This document shows, in pieces, positions 50,845-64,000 of a stretch of DNA of 64,000 nt. The DNA lies in contig NC_043003.1 in NCBI RefSeq assembly GCF_006345805.1, forward strand, positions 102,982,001-103,046,000. The letters are read 5' to 3'. The stretch comes from Octopus sinensis (taxonomy: Eukaryota). The notes beneath the pieces are model-generated. The model was given only the letters and a program-made list of their open reading frames with translations, had not been told where the DNA came from and did no database searches. Made by a program: the position numbers and the translations under genes. Within the stretch, counting starts at the first letter, position 1. Every line of letters begins with the position of its first letter.

Positions 50845-51920
50845 ACATATACATTCAACAGATTAGACTGTTGGAAAAGAAAAAATCCTAACATCGGGCA
50901 CGTAAGCTTAGATGACAAGACTCTTCCTATAGTGTTACAACAAGTAACCAAAGATACCAAAACCCTTCCTAAGTACCCTAGCTGTCCCTAATACCACTGT
51001 TTTCTGGAGCTGTACTAAGCTGGATTTTATGCTTACCTCCTATATCCATTTGTTCAAATCTTTATGGATAGTTCCCAATGCACCTATGAATACTAGAATA
51101 AAATTTACGTGCATTTTCCATACACTCTGTAATTCAATAGCTAGGTCCTGGTACTTTGCTATTTTTTCTATACTTCTCATATTAATGCTTTCATCATTTG
51201 GGACTGTAAAGTCAATTATCTAGCATTTTCTATCCTCTCTATCTACTACTATCAAATCAGGCATTCTATCTTCTATTGCTCTGTCAGTCTGAATGTTAAA
51301 GTCCCACAACATCTTATATTTCTTACTTTCTAGTACTTTATTAGGTTCATATTCATACCATTTATCATTATGTTCAAATCCTAGCTCTCTACACAGCTCT
51401 CAGTGGATTACTCTCCCTAGATTGTCATGTCTTTTCTTGTATTCTTTCTGTACCAGCATGCTACATTCACTTACTATGTGAGTAACGCTTTCCTCTTTTT
51501 ATTTGCATAATCTACATTGAGAATCTATTTGGCTTTTGTCAATTTTGGCTTTTATCCAATTAGCCCTTAATGCTTAATCTTGTGCAGCTACTAACAAACT
51601 TTCTGCCTCCCTCTTCAGCTTTCCTTTCTGCAATCATGACCATGTCTCACTACTACTATTTACTGAAAATATCATTAGGAATCTGATTCCCTAGATTCGA
51701 ACCATTTAGGTTTGACTTCATTAGCTTCCTCACACTTCTGATATACTCCTTCTCAATTTCTGTTTCCATTTCTGTAGTTAGTACCCTGTCAGATTCTAAT
51801 ACGCCTAAATACTTATAACTCTCTCCTTCTTTCAATGATTTTCATGTCAGGCCATCTGGTAATTGGATGCCTTCGCTGTTGACTACATGTCCCTTTCTCA
51901 TCTCTTATTATAAAAGGCAG
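50845..51920 (-). mobile_element. Second R4/Dong-like family, decayed
   Basis: Ends LQKTVVLGTARIL; the 3' end TACATTCAACAGATTAGA is shared with 61952-62210 and abuts (ATT)n. Confidence 0.75.
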
Positions 51921-52585
51921 ATTTTATCTGCCTCCCTTTGGAAGTTATACAAATCTACAATATAGGATTTCTTCAATTACAATTTACCTAGCAATTTTAA
52001 GAGTACAATACATCGCGTCATGCCAGGTCCAGTTTTTAAAATTTAAACTCCAATTAAGCAAAATTTACAGAAAACTCACATTCTGGTGTGTGTGTCAAAT
52101 GCTTTTCTTAGTCTGGTTTACACCACACGCAAACGCACACCACAGTGGGCAACGAATAAAGTGAAACTAGATGTAATATTTGTTTCTCTCTATCACGCTG
52201 ATAGATACATGAGTAAAATGTATGGGAAGCTAACACATAAGTGTGAGTGAAAATGTTCTTGGAAGAGAGTAAATAGCCAGAGATAGTGATTTGAGGTAGA
52301 CTTTACATTAAATAACCGTAGTGGCTTGTGTTAGTAATAAAGTAAACATACACTCATACATACATACATACATACATACATACATACATACATACACACA
52401 CACATACATACATACACACACATACATACATACACACATACATACATACATACATACATATACATACATACATACACACACACATACACACACAGACATA
52501 CACACACACACAGTATTGAAGCTTGAGAACAATCAGATACATTTGCAACACATCAGCGTGATAGAGAGAAACAAATATTACATCT

Positions 52586-53150
<565 letters not shown>

Positions 53151-53154
53151 ATTA

Positions 53155-53288
53155 AGGCGGTGATCTGATAGAATCGTTAGGACGCCTAGCGAAATGTCTG
53201 GTGGTATTTCGTCCATCGTCCCGTTCTGAGTTCAAATTCCGCCGAGGTCGACTTTGCATCTCATCATTTCCGGGTCGATTAAATAAGG
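53155..53288 (+). mobile_element. SINE family A, 5' part
   Basis: AAGGCGGTGATCTGATAGAATCGTTAG...GAGTTCAAATTCCGCCGAGG. Confidence 0.85.
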
Positions 53289-54733
53289 TCACATAATGAT
53301 CATCAGCAATAAGAAGAAAGACAAACTTCAGTTTCCAGAGCACTATCTACCAAAGCCCAAGGGATAGCAAGGGAAATATATTAGGAGTAGATGGAGAACA
53401 CACTGTGTCAGTCTGTAGTACCATATCATCACCATGTGATGATGTGGTAATAATACTTGTGGATGTCAATAAAAACAGCATTAAAAAAACCGATGACGGG
53501 AATATTTCCTTCAAAGAAGCAATGATACATGTGGAAAAAGAATGAAATAAAATTTACTGTTCTTCGAAGATTAAAGAAACTAAGATAAAATTACGTATTT
53601 GTGTTGTCACGGACTTTTCGAGGGAGCTAGAATGATACTAAAATGGTTAGATTCAGAATATAAGTAACATGCAAATGATAAATTATTATTAAAATTAAGA
53701 CATAACAAAGAACTTCAAGAGAATACACTGAAAATTTTGGTGTTTTTCAAATCAAGTATAAAAAATGCTTACCGGTGCATTTGGTAGCACTCGCACACAT
53801 TTTGACAAACGGTGAGTAAAGGTGAGAGTATTTTTCATGCTCAGTTTCTTTTTAATTATATCTTGTTTAATTATTGTGCATTTTATTGCTTACTTCTGCG
53901 TAACAAAACACTAACGAACGGATCAAGTATATTATTATTCGAAAGATGAAACGGGAGTTAACGGCAGACATAAGATCAAAAAAGCAATTTAAAAAGCACA
54001 GGAAGCAGGTAGATGAGATGAATGTGCTGCGTTACCAGAACCCAGGAATCTCTTGGGGATACATATGGAAGCAGTAGTAGTTTGACTATTAACAATGTTT
54101 AATTTAGTAATTGCTTTATTCGAAATCGCATATAGTTTTGATGAAGAGACGTTCTTTTCCTATATTTTTCGTGTTTTGTCTAAATGTAACATTTGCTTGT
54201 ATATGTGCGTAATTTTGAAGAATTTCTGTTCACCGATTCTCTTTATAAAATGTATATAGTATTGTTTTTAAACAGCATTAATCCTTTTAATAATATAATT
54301 ATAATTTAGAAATATCGCTTATATTTATTCTTTCACGTTTTATCTTGAAAATATTATATTAGAATATACGAGAACAATGAGAATCTAAACACATTTAGTT
54401 GACGCCATAAACATTTTGAATTCGAATAACACCAAAAACTTGTTTATTTTTGTGTTCACAGGTCTTCAACACATTGCAGTACATACTTTGTAGTTCAGGT
54501 GCAAAGCTAAAAACATTAAAAAAATTATTTTAAGCAATTCAGCAAAAATTAAATGAAAATCATTTGTTTGATTAGAAAACCCAAAAATAATGACTCGGGA
54601 AAATGTTTCTTTATTGATTTGCTTTCAATACTAGGGAAAGAATGAATGAATTTAAAATCAATATCCTTTTAGATATCCGTTTGATAAAAGGTAGTTTAGA
54701 TATTTACTTGACAAAACGTATTCTACGTATTGG

Positions 54734-54828
<95 letters not shown>

Positions 54829-55127
54829 GAGAGAGAGAGAGAGAGTACATTCAAACACAAAAGAGATACCCAAATAATAGGATATCTGACTCACTAGAAA
54901 GAGCAGTTAAACTCCAAGTCACTAATTGTTGTAATTCCGAAAGTGATTGAAAAATAAAAACTTTTACCTTAATCCTAGACCCTGCAAGGTTTCTGCAGAC
55001 TTAAATACAATATTCTTCTCTGAATAATGTATAGTCTATTGACTAATTTTTTCCCTTCTCGCTGGACCACTGGTAACTAAGAATTTTTTCGATAAATGTT
55101 CTTGCTACCCTAAAATTTTAATTCATG

Positions 55128-55158
<31 letters not shown>

Positions 55159-55379
55159 ATATATATATAATACATATGTTATGCATATATTCGTTCCATG
55201 TATTTATAGTACCTTGAGCATATATCCATACCATACATCTTTCACCATATGCATACATACTGATACAGTGACCTTTTTAGGTAGATCGTAGGCCAAATTT
55301 GTCCCCTTTTTTATGGGGAAAATAAAGTTAAGGACATATTTTTCTACCTTATGCGAATTCTTTGAGTTGAGTATTGATA

Positions 55380-56570
55380 GTAGCCGAAGTGAAGCTTCGA
55401 ATGGTAAAAAGCAAAAACTGGAAAGGAAAGAGATATCCAGCTGTTACGGAGGATATCAAAATTTATAAAATGTATCAGAGCGAAATACCTGAGTGCCGAT
55501 GGCGTATCAGTGTCTTTTCAATGAGTCGCAAATGAAACTGATGCTAGTGTTGTGTCAGTGATTGTGAGAATCGCTGAAGGTGAAGATTGGAATGGTGTTG
55601 ACATTTCAGAAAGTAGAACTTGTTGCTGTGGTACCATTATTCAAAACCATATTATTCTAAGTAAAAACAGAAGTGGATGGAGAATTGAAAATAAATGAAA
55701 TAGAATGTAAAGATACTGATATGGGATTGTGGACTTCATACAACAGAAGAAATGCATGAATAGTGGACCAATAAACAGAGTGATGATTGTAGAAATTCAG
55801 GTGCAGAATACAGCAAAAATAGGGCGGAAACTGGGGAAGGTTACGGTCGACATTACACAATGAAATTATTTGTTATTCAATAGAATTCATTCACTCCTGG
55901 GCTTAAAAACTGGAAAAAGGATCTTTCAGATTATTTGCCTATTACAAAACGAGTGTTCTGTTGTGTGTGTAACATATTACATGGTCAATGCCGTAGACAG
56001 TAGCAGATAAATGTTTTTATCGGTTGCATCGAACAATTGGTAAAAAGCCGAAGAAAATAGTTTCTTTGCATGAAAGTGCATAGATTTATCGAATTCAATG
56101 TGTCCATTGACATCAAGAAGTGGTGGAGGTAATGGAGGATTTATTGATGTTATCCTGACAAAGTAAATGGGAAACGAATTTAATTAGCAGTAGTAGAGAA
56201 ATGTGTTCAAGCGTGCAATGAACTGCATTGGTTTTATTGATAAGGGAGGCCACGAGTTATAGGGATCTAATCGAATAGTTGGATCACCTGTAAATGATAC
56301 CTATCTTGGAATTACAGAAATATTTTCAGAATAAGTTACATTCTTAACATAGCATTCTTAGATGCCTGCAAATAAAGGAATTGGTCATATTTCTCATATG
56401 TTAGCAGAAATCTGGGGAAAATTCGTATGCATAATACTATCATTTGTTCGGAATGTGATTATTAATGGAATTACATCTAACAGATATTTTCCAGTTTCAC
56501 CAGGGCTTACCCTTGATATTGCATAAACACAGCAGCTGATCGTTATTTCGTCAATAAGCTAAACTATTAT
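55380..56570 (+). pseudogene. Decayed ORF-like stretch; speculative viral or envelope glycoprotein remnant
   Basis: Non-repetitive, with long open stretches broken by stops and frameshifts. Cys/Trp-rich pieces and a hydrophobic C-terminal segment IGHISHMLAEIWGKFVCIILSFV. Strand is ambiguous. Confidence 0.25.
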
Positions 56571-57149
56571 ATTCTGTGCACATGTCGTTTATATCTATGG
56601 ACATGTACATTATTACATTAATGAATGTATATCAGTGAACATGGACACATTATATAAATGTGTGTATCACTGTACATGTGCATTATTTATACATTATATT
56701 TGTTTAATTTCATTATAGATATGTTCCAGCATCGAGGCCAGATGAACCATTTCTTTATGAGGAAGGCGAGTCATAAAACTAGTCAGTAGATTTCGAATAT
56801 AATTCCAGACTTTCTGGTAAAATATAGACCTGATATTTCAAAGGAAAATTCTACAGAGAGGAGTTATACGATACCTTGATGCTGAAAGATGCTGTATTAG
56901 GATGACAGCTGTGGTCAGTCTGCATCTTTACTGATCCACTGCCGAGCGAGAGGCCTTCTCTTGATGGTTCAGCTTCATTTTCACTGTTACAACAAAAGTT
57001 TCTTCAGAAACTCTTGTCTCTCATAAACTGGGGTAAGGCAACGTTCGTCACCATCGTCATCACCACTATTGTTTCTCGACATCTGAAAGTTTCAAGCAAC
57101 GTTCTATTGCATCATTTGTTGCACATGAGTGCTGGTGGGGTGCTGTATG

Positions 57150-58520
57150 CTTTATTATTATTATTATTCTATGTTTGACTTTTGCTTTATATTTGTACAA
57201 GTTGGCTCCAAGTCTCACCCAGAGACCTCAAGAGACAACAGGGTTGGAAGTTCATGTTGTTGTTATGCCTAGTGTGCCATATATTTGGGGGGTGGGGTGT
57301 TGTACTAATGAATGTCTAAAAAAAAAAAATTTTTTTTTTTTTTAAACCGAAAATTATGTTTGTTTTAAACCTTGAGATTACATAGAAAGTATTTTGCGTA
57401 GGATATGAGCAGTTCCCAAGAGCACTATCTTTTGAATTTCTGCTATTTTGGGGTTTCCTGGTATCTGAGTTAGGTAGCTATCTGCCCCTTTTGCTATCAT
57501 TCCCAGGGCACCTATGACAACAGGTATTGTTTTAGTCTTCAGCTTCCACATTTTGCTGATTTCTATTTCAAGATCTTTATATTTGCTCAGTTTTTGGTAG
57601 GTCTTGACAGATACGTTTATATCGATTGGGACAGTCATATCAATGAGGAGGCATGTTCTTTGTTTGAAGTCTTTCAATATGATGTCTGGCCTATTTGCAT
57701 CTATCTTTCTGTCAGTTTGAATGGCGAAGTTCCAGAGGAGTGAGATGTGGTCATTTTCAAGCACTGGGGGTGGTTTGTGTTCCCACCAGTTTTTTTCATG
57801 GGGCAAATCCAGGTTTTTACAGATTACCCAGTGAATATATTGTGCAGCTCTATTGTGCCTGTTGAGATATTCTGTAGGCGCTAGAAGACTGCACTTGGAG
57901 ACCACATGGTCAATGGTTTCATTTTGTTGCTTGCATACACGACACGTTGGACTGCTTCTGATCTTTAATATGTTGGCCTGGTAGTTTCTTGTTGGTAGGC
58001 ATTGATCTTGAGCTGCTATGATAAACCCCTCTGTTTCAGATTTTAAGCCAGAGGCCATTAGCCATTGATGGGTCAGGGCTTTGTCAACATCTGCATTATT
58101 TGCTCTCTTTGGGTATTTGCCATAGAGAGGTTTTTCTTGCCATTTATCATTCAGAATATCTAAGGCCGCATATTTAGCACGGGTTTTCATGCGCTTAGCT
58201 TTTTCTGTGCCTGTTTCTTGTATGTCTATCTCTAATTCCGAAATTTGTTGTATTCGGAATTCACTTAGATATTCCTTTGCCTGTTTTGTTACTGAGTATG
58301 ATGCTTTCTTGTTTTCATGTTTTTAGACAAGTTTTAACATCCAGTCCTCAGAGTTTTTCAGGTAAGTGTCTAGGCCAATTGTAGCAATCTTCATTGTTAT
58401 TGCCAGTTGTAAAAGTCCACGGCCTCCCTCTTTTCTTGGCAGATAAAGTCGTTCTGTATCTGCCTTAGGGTGGTGCATTCTATGCATTGTCAACAGTTTT
58501 CGTATTTTTCTGTCAATTAT
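57150..58520 (-). mobile_element. R4/Dong-clade element, 5'-truncated, with 3' UTR, between (ATT)n tracts
   Basis: RLYLPRKEGGRGL; CRVC..ETIDHVVSKC (CCHC finger), RHNRAAQYIHW, RPDII, IDMTVP, KLSKY (PD..D/ExK RLE). Confidence 0.95.
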
Positions 58521-58525
58521 TATTA

Positions 58526-58564
<39 letters not shown>

Positions 58565-58576
58565 TATTATTATTAC

Positions 58577-58625
<49 letters not shown>
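58520..58625. repeat. (ATT)n microsatellite
   Basis: Trinucleotide run. Confidence 0.95.
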
Positions 58626-58627
<2 letters not shown>

Positions 58628-58787
58628 GGCGGCGAGCTGGCAGAATTGTTAGCACGCCGGACAAAATGCTTAGCGGTATTTCGCTCATCTGCACGTTCTG
58701 AGTTCAAATTCCGCCGAAGTCGACTTTGTTTTTCATCCTTTCGGGGTCGATAAAATAAGTAGCAGTTGAGCACTGGGGTCGATGTAA
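58626..58787 (+). mobile_element. SINE family A, 3'-truncated
   Basis: AAGGCGGCGAGCTGGCAGAATTGTTAG...GAGTTCAAATTCC. Confidence 0.9.
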
Positions 58788-60520
58788 ACCAAGAATGAGG
58801 CACCATATCATATGCCTTCTTAAAGTCAATCCAAGCCATAGACATGTTTGTAAGATGTTTTTTACAATGCTTCAAAACTGTTTTAACGATGACCAGGTGG
58901 TGCTTGGTACCCTGGGAACTCTTCCTACATCTTTTTTGTTCACTTGATAGTATTTCTCCCTGGGCCAGGAAAGTATATATCTTTGCTGCACGTATTCCAG
59001 TGAGTATCTTCCAGATTATGTCTTGGCATGCTATGGGACGGTAGTTTCCCCACAATATTCCCTTTTCTTCTATCTTTCATTACAAGTGTTGTCCTCCTAG
59101 TCAACATCCACGCGGGGACTTTACCTTTCTGGACACATTCAATTGGGCTGCTAGTCTTTCATGCACCGCGTGGCATCTCTTCAGCCAGAAGCTATGAATC
59201 CCATCTAGTCCGGGGGCTTTTCAGTTAGTCACTTTACCCACTTGTTCTTTCACATCATCCTCGCTTATGACAATATTCCTTTGTTTCTTTCCTCCTTGTA
59301 ATTCTGTCTTGATCGTTCCTATCCACATTGCATCTCTTTTATGCACCACATTGTTTCCCCATAATCCGTTCCAGAACTCCTTGGCTTGATTCGCATCAGG
59401 AGCAACATTTTCCCCATTGTCTTCTTCTAACGTTCGGAAGAATTGCTTCGGGTTATTTTTTAACAATCTGTTTTCCTCGAACTGATTCTTTCTGTTCACA
59501 AATCTGATCTTCTGGCTTTTTGCCATGATCTTCTGTTTTAATTACTCTATTACTGCATCAAATACGTTCTTCCATATTTTATGTTTCTTCTCTAAATTTT
59601 CTCAGTCGGTCTTTTCCCCATATTCCCAGTTTCCTCTTAACCATTGCTCACATTTTCCTAGATCTTGCCTTGCCCGCATTATGTCTCTTTCAACAATGGT
59701 TCTTTTGCTCCATCATTTTTTGTTGTATTTAGTTGTAATTTCTCCTCAACAAATAGCGCAATAGCTCAGAGAAGATTCCTTGATTGTGTTATGTCCTCTG
59801 CCTGGATGTATGGTACGACAGTATTTATCTTTTGTTTTGCTTTATTTATCATACTCCCATCTACCCTTTTCATATTCTTGCGGATTTTTTTTCTGGAGCA
59901 TTCATCAAGTTGCTGAGTCGTCTTTGAATTTCAAGCAGTTCATTAGGTAGTTGCTTACTTTCCCCTGCATGTCCGACCACCACAGTATAATGTTCCTGTT
60001 ACTCATCCTTAACACTCCCATCACCATTCCCCTGGTCCTCCTGTCTGCTCTTCTCCCTGCTTTCAACTCCGACCATCCTTTGTAGCTCATCCGCAGGGTC
60101 TCTCAGACTCTCACTAATCCGAGATATTTCTACTCCAGTTAAGTAACCCTTCCTCCTAATCATTAGTTTATTTTCTGACATTGAACACATGTTCTTTTCC
60201 ATCCAAAATTTCAAGGTACGTCGGTCTGCTCCGCGACTTCTTTCCAGTTTTGCTCTTTCATGACTTTCAATAAGTGTATCGTACTCTTCCTTCGTCCACT
60301 TATGTCTGTTCTTACGCACACCGTGTATGTGATCTGTTGTAACATAACGACCGTCCGAGGCCAGATCACTGCTCCTGATGCGGGCGGTTTTGGATGTGCC
60401 GGGCGGTAAACCTTCACCATAATCTGCTATAGCTTCATTCTCACCGTTAATTCTTTCCTTGTTGTGTTGCATCATGATTTCACGAGTCGTTCGTAGGGTT
60501 CCCACGAGAGTTGTTATTGA
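58788..60520 (-). mobile_element. R4/Dong-like ORF, N-terminal half (decayed)
   Basis: RKNRHKWTKEEY (Dong-type N-terminus), NPKQFFR, NYRPIAC, AWIDFKKAYDMVPHSW (RT). Confidence 0.85.
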
Positions 60521-60574
60521 AATTCCATCTCTTTCTTCTTCTCTTTATTTGTATATACACGTGCACATGTATGT

Positions 60575-60605
<31 letters not shown>

Positions 60606-60624
60606 GCGTGCATGCATTGTGTCA

Positions 60625-60835
60625 CCTCCATTACCAACATCGTTCTACCTACAGCATTTAAAATTACCAATAATAATATGGGTCCCGGTATATCGCAGCA
60701 GATCTTCGTCACTATTTATCAAATACTCGGCAAGCGTTCTCCTTTCACTCCTTATACAATGGTCTAAACTAATCAGTCCTCTGCCACCATTCTTTCTTTT
60801 CATATACAATCTGTTTACGCTTGGAGTTAACACTT
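60625..60835 (-). mobile_element. Short R4/Dong-like fragment
   Basis: SVNRLYMKRKNGGRGLISL. Confidence 0.75.
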
Positions 60836-60850
60836 ATTATTATTATTATT

Positions 60851-61384
60851 GAGTGAGAGAGCAGTGCATGCCATCAAAGTGACACTGGGGTAAAATATAC
60901 GAAGCCCAATATACCCATCATGACTACCCGTCTGATAAGGGTACACCAGGCACATGCATCACAACCATATGTGCGCGACATGGTGATCTCATATCAAGAT
61001 AAACAGCACATGACCTTGCAGGTGGGGCCCAGTTAGAATTTTCTTCAGGTTGAGTAGCCCATCCCGCTCAAAAGGTCCCTGAATAAGGGTTGTTTAAGAA
61101 CCACCCATGTTTCCAGAGGTGAATTATTCAAACCCCAAAGAATCCCTCTCAACACATGGCTATGATGCTCCCCCACTACTTCTGCTCGTGATCAGAGATG
61201 CACATATCGTCAGCCACTAAGGGACATGCTCAACTGGTTAAGGTCAAACAACTGACAAGCAAATCTGTGGTATTGAGCAGAATATTTGCTGTAGCCCATC
61301 TTTTATACCAAGACAAAACAATGTACATGATAACACTTCCAATCTGTTAAGATCAGAAGACATGAGAGCCACTGCCTGGTACTG

Positions 61385-61385
<1 letters not shown>
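60851..61385 (-). mobile_element. About 535-bp non-coding repeat with (TAA)n at both ends
   Basis: Flanked by (ATT)n at 60835-60850 and from 61387. No ORF and no A/B boxes recognised. Partial second copy at 38430-38665. Confidence 0.7.
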
Positions 61386-61386
<1 letters not shown>

Positions 61387-61433
<47 letters not shown>

Positions 61434-61465
61434 TATTACTATTACTATTACTATTACTATTATTA

Positions 61466-61507
<42 letters not shown>

Positions 61508-61516
61508 TACTATTAC

Positions 61517-61552
<36 letters not shown>

Positions 61553-61666
61553 TACTATTACTATTATTATTATTATTATCATTATTATTATTACTATTAT
61601 TACTATTACTATTACTATTACTATTATTATTATTATTATATTACTATTATTATTATTATTATTATT

Positions 61667-61702
<36 letters not shown>

Positions 61703-61915
61703 ATTATTATTATTATTACTATTATTATTACTATTGCTATTATTATTATTATTATTACTATTATTATCATTATTATTATTGTTGTTGTTGTTGTTGTTAT
61801 TATTATTATTATTATTATCATTATTACTATACTATTATTATTATTATTATTATCATTATTACTATTATTATTACTATTACTATTACTATTATTATTATTA
61901 TTATTATTATTATTA

Positions 61916-61951
<36 letters not shown>
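61387..61951. repeat. About 560-bp compound (ATT)/(ACT)/(GTT)/(ATC) tract
   Basis: Trinucleotide mosaic kept in register. Confidence 0.95.
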
Positions 61952-61953
<2 letters not shown>

Positions 61954-62210
61954 CATTCAACAGATTAGAGTGTTGGAAAAGAAAACCCTAACAACAAGTA
62001 ACCTTAAGTGCCAAGAACCCTTTTAAGTTTCCTAGCTGTCCCTAATAACACTGTTTTCTGCATCTGTGCTAAACTGGCTATTATGCCTATTTCCTATTTC
62101 CATCTGTTCAGATCTTTAACGGTAGCTTCCAACATCCGTTTTCTCCAGCCCCTTCTTTTAGGTCCACTTTCCAAGTCGCATTGTATCACTATCCTGTTTT
62201 CTTTGCTGGC
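61952..62210 (-). mobile_element. R4/Dong-like 3' fragment (family of 50845-51920)
   Basis: QKTVLLGTARKLKRVLG; shared 3' end. Confidence 0.8.
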
Positions 62211-62285
62211 CCACTTCCTCCTCCTGATGCTGTATTAGGATGACAACTGTATTATTATTATTATTATCATTATTATTATTATTAT

Positions 62286-63348
62286 TCAGTAGTTTTATTT
62301 TTATAGCGTGCTTTCACTTCACTACCGAGCGCAGCTCTGTGTGCCTTGGGTATGTGCTGTGATTTGTTGTGATGCTCTGATGGTTATTGTATGGAAAGTG
62401 TTCTGCGTAGGATGTGTGCAGTGCCTAGTAGTGCAATTTTCTGTATGTTATATGTGTTTGTAAGTCCTGGTGTTTTTGTTATGTATTTGTCTGAATATTT
62501 TTTTATCATGCCTAATGCACCTACTATGATAGGAATTGTTTCTGTTTTCAGGTTCCACATTCTAGTTACCTCTATTTCCAGGTCTTTGTATTTTGAGAGT
62601 TTCTCCATTCTTTTAGAGACACGTTGTCATCTGCCGGTATTGATACATCAATTAGAAAGCATTTTTTTTCTTCATGATCTCTGACAACTATATCTGGTCT
62701 GTTGGCCTTAATTTCTCTATCTGTGTGTATCGGCATATCCCAGAGTATGGTTGCTTTCTCGTTTTCTGTGACCTTTTCTGGTGTGTGCCTATACCATCTT
62801 TTTTCTGTTGTTATTCCATAATGTTGGCATAGCTTCCAATGTATGTAGGTTCCAACTCTGTCATGTCTGTGAATATATTCCTTCTTAGCCAGGACTGGGC
62901 AGCTAGAGATAATATGATTTATTGTTTCTTGTCCATCTCCACATATTCTGCAGTTACTTGTAATATTTCTTTTCATTACATGTTTTTGGTAATTTCTGGT
63001 GGGGAGGCTTTGGTCTTGTGCTGCAATCCCTCTGTTTCTGCTTTGAGTCCTGAGCTTCTCAACCATTGCTGGGATTTTTCTTTGTCTATTTCTTTTGCGT
63101 TTAGTTTAGTGCAGTATTTACCATGAAGGGGCTTTTCTTGCCATCGTTTTATCATGGCTCGTTGCTGTTCTATTTTTAGTTTGGATTTCATTTGTTTTAT
63201 AGCTTTTGTTGTTTCTTCATCATCTTCTTCTTCTTCTTTGTGTTTATTAGGGGGTATGATTTCTTGTTTGTATTTGTCAGCTTCCTCAAATACTGAGAAC
63301 AGTTTTTTGTTTTGCTCGTGTTTTGCTGCTATCTGGATCAGTTTTCCT

Positions 63349-63350
<2 letters not shown>
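62286..63350 (-). mobile_element. R4/Dong-clade element, 5'-truncated, with 3' UTR, flanked by (ATT)n
   Basis: LHGKY, QWLRSSGLKAETEG, CRICGDGQETINHIISSC, RPDIV, IDVSIP, KLSKY; a few frameshifts. Confidence 0.95.
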
Positions 63351-63433
<83 letters not shown>

Positions 63434-63951
63434 CGTTGTCATCGTCGTCGTCGTTGTTGTTGTTATCATTATTATTCGTGAACCGTGTTTTCTACTCCAC
63501 ACCAACTTGCTTCTTGCGTGTATTAACGAAATATGTTACTCACGTTGCAAAAACAATTTGTCCAGTGGAGAGAAGTACTTGATGATGGTTGTCAGGACAG
63601 AGATGTGGAAAATATAGACAAAATTTTTGAGATTCGTTGAGCAACTTAAAGAATTTGTAACATTGGAGATGAATTTTTTTTTATTTCAGATGCTAGTCTT
63701 ACGTGATCGAAATTTTGTAGCCAATACTATTGTTGATTTGATGCAATCGCTATGAGACAGTGCAGAATAAAGGAAACCAGCTTGATACATGTTGGGGAAA
63801 TAGTTTCAAGAAAGTTGACCATATTGATTGTAGAGAAGAAGAAGAAAGAGCAGAGTTAAGGAAAAGAACAGGAAATGCGTTGCTAGAGTTGCACCTGAGG
63901 CTGTTCTCATATCAATAAAAAAAAATTCAAAGTAGCTACTTAGTGACCTAG

Positions 63952-63991
63952 GATTATTTGCATACTGAAACCAATCATTCTTTAGAAACAG
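63952..63991 (+). CDS. Possible exon (DYLHTETNHSLET) ending in a consensus donor
   Basis: CAG|GTAAGT at 63991/63992; weak acceptor CCTAG|. Confidence 0.25.
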
Positions 63992-64000
63992 GTAAGTCGG

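Noticed and set aside
53419-53449. 14-bp hairpin as a miRNA precursor
   Set aside because: The stem is too short and the 3-nt loop too small for a canonical pre-miRNA.
60500-60570. HDV-like ribozyme at the 5' end of the Dong-like element
   Set aside because: The element appears 5'-truncated against a microsatellite, and no P1/P1.1/P3 pattern was found.
63500-63900. Coding-like stretch near the window end
   Set aside because: All frames have frequent stops and no recognisable motif, and the splice signals conflict on the two strands.

Overview
This is 64 kb of AT-rich eukaryotic genomic DNA packed with microsatellites and transposable elements. The SINE/LINE landscape looks to me like an octopod cephalopod, but that is recognition and not verified. 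Most ORF-track entries are microsatellite translation artefacts. Supported content: (i) at least four tRNA-headed SINE families; (ii) a fairly intact 5'-truncated CR1-clade LINE at 29.3-31.6 kb whose 3' end matches one SINE family; (iii) RTE fragments, one split by a complete D,D34D mariner; (iv) decayed pogo/Tigger copies and several MITEs with visible TIRs/TSDs; (v) a rearranged Penelope-like locus at 19-21.7 kb plus small repeats carrying minimal hammerhead-ribozyme motifs, including a same-strand tandem pair about 222 nt apart at 45.8-46.1 kb; (vi) a 14-kb cluster of co-oriented R4/Dong-type RLE retrotransposon fragments embedded in (TAA)n tracts; (vii) a phase-consistent but unidentified candidate multi-exon gene on the minus strand (about 25-36.3 kb) under a promoter-like motif cluster, scattered plus-strand candidate exons, and a decayed ORF-like stretch at 55.4-56.6 kb that weakly resembles a viral glycoprotein. 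No CRISPR array, rRNA, true tRNA gene or nameable host gene was found. All alignments and folds were done by eye.
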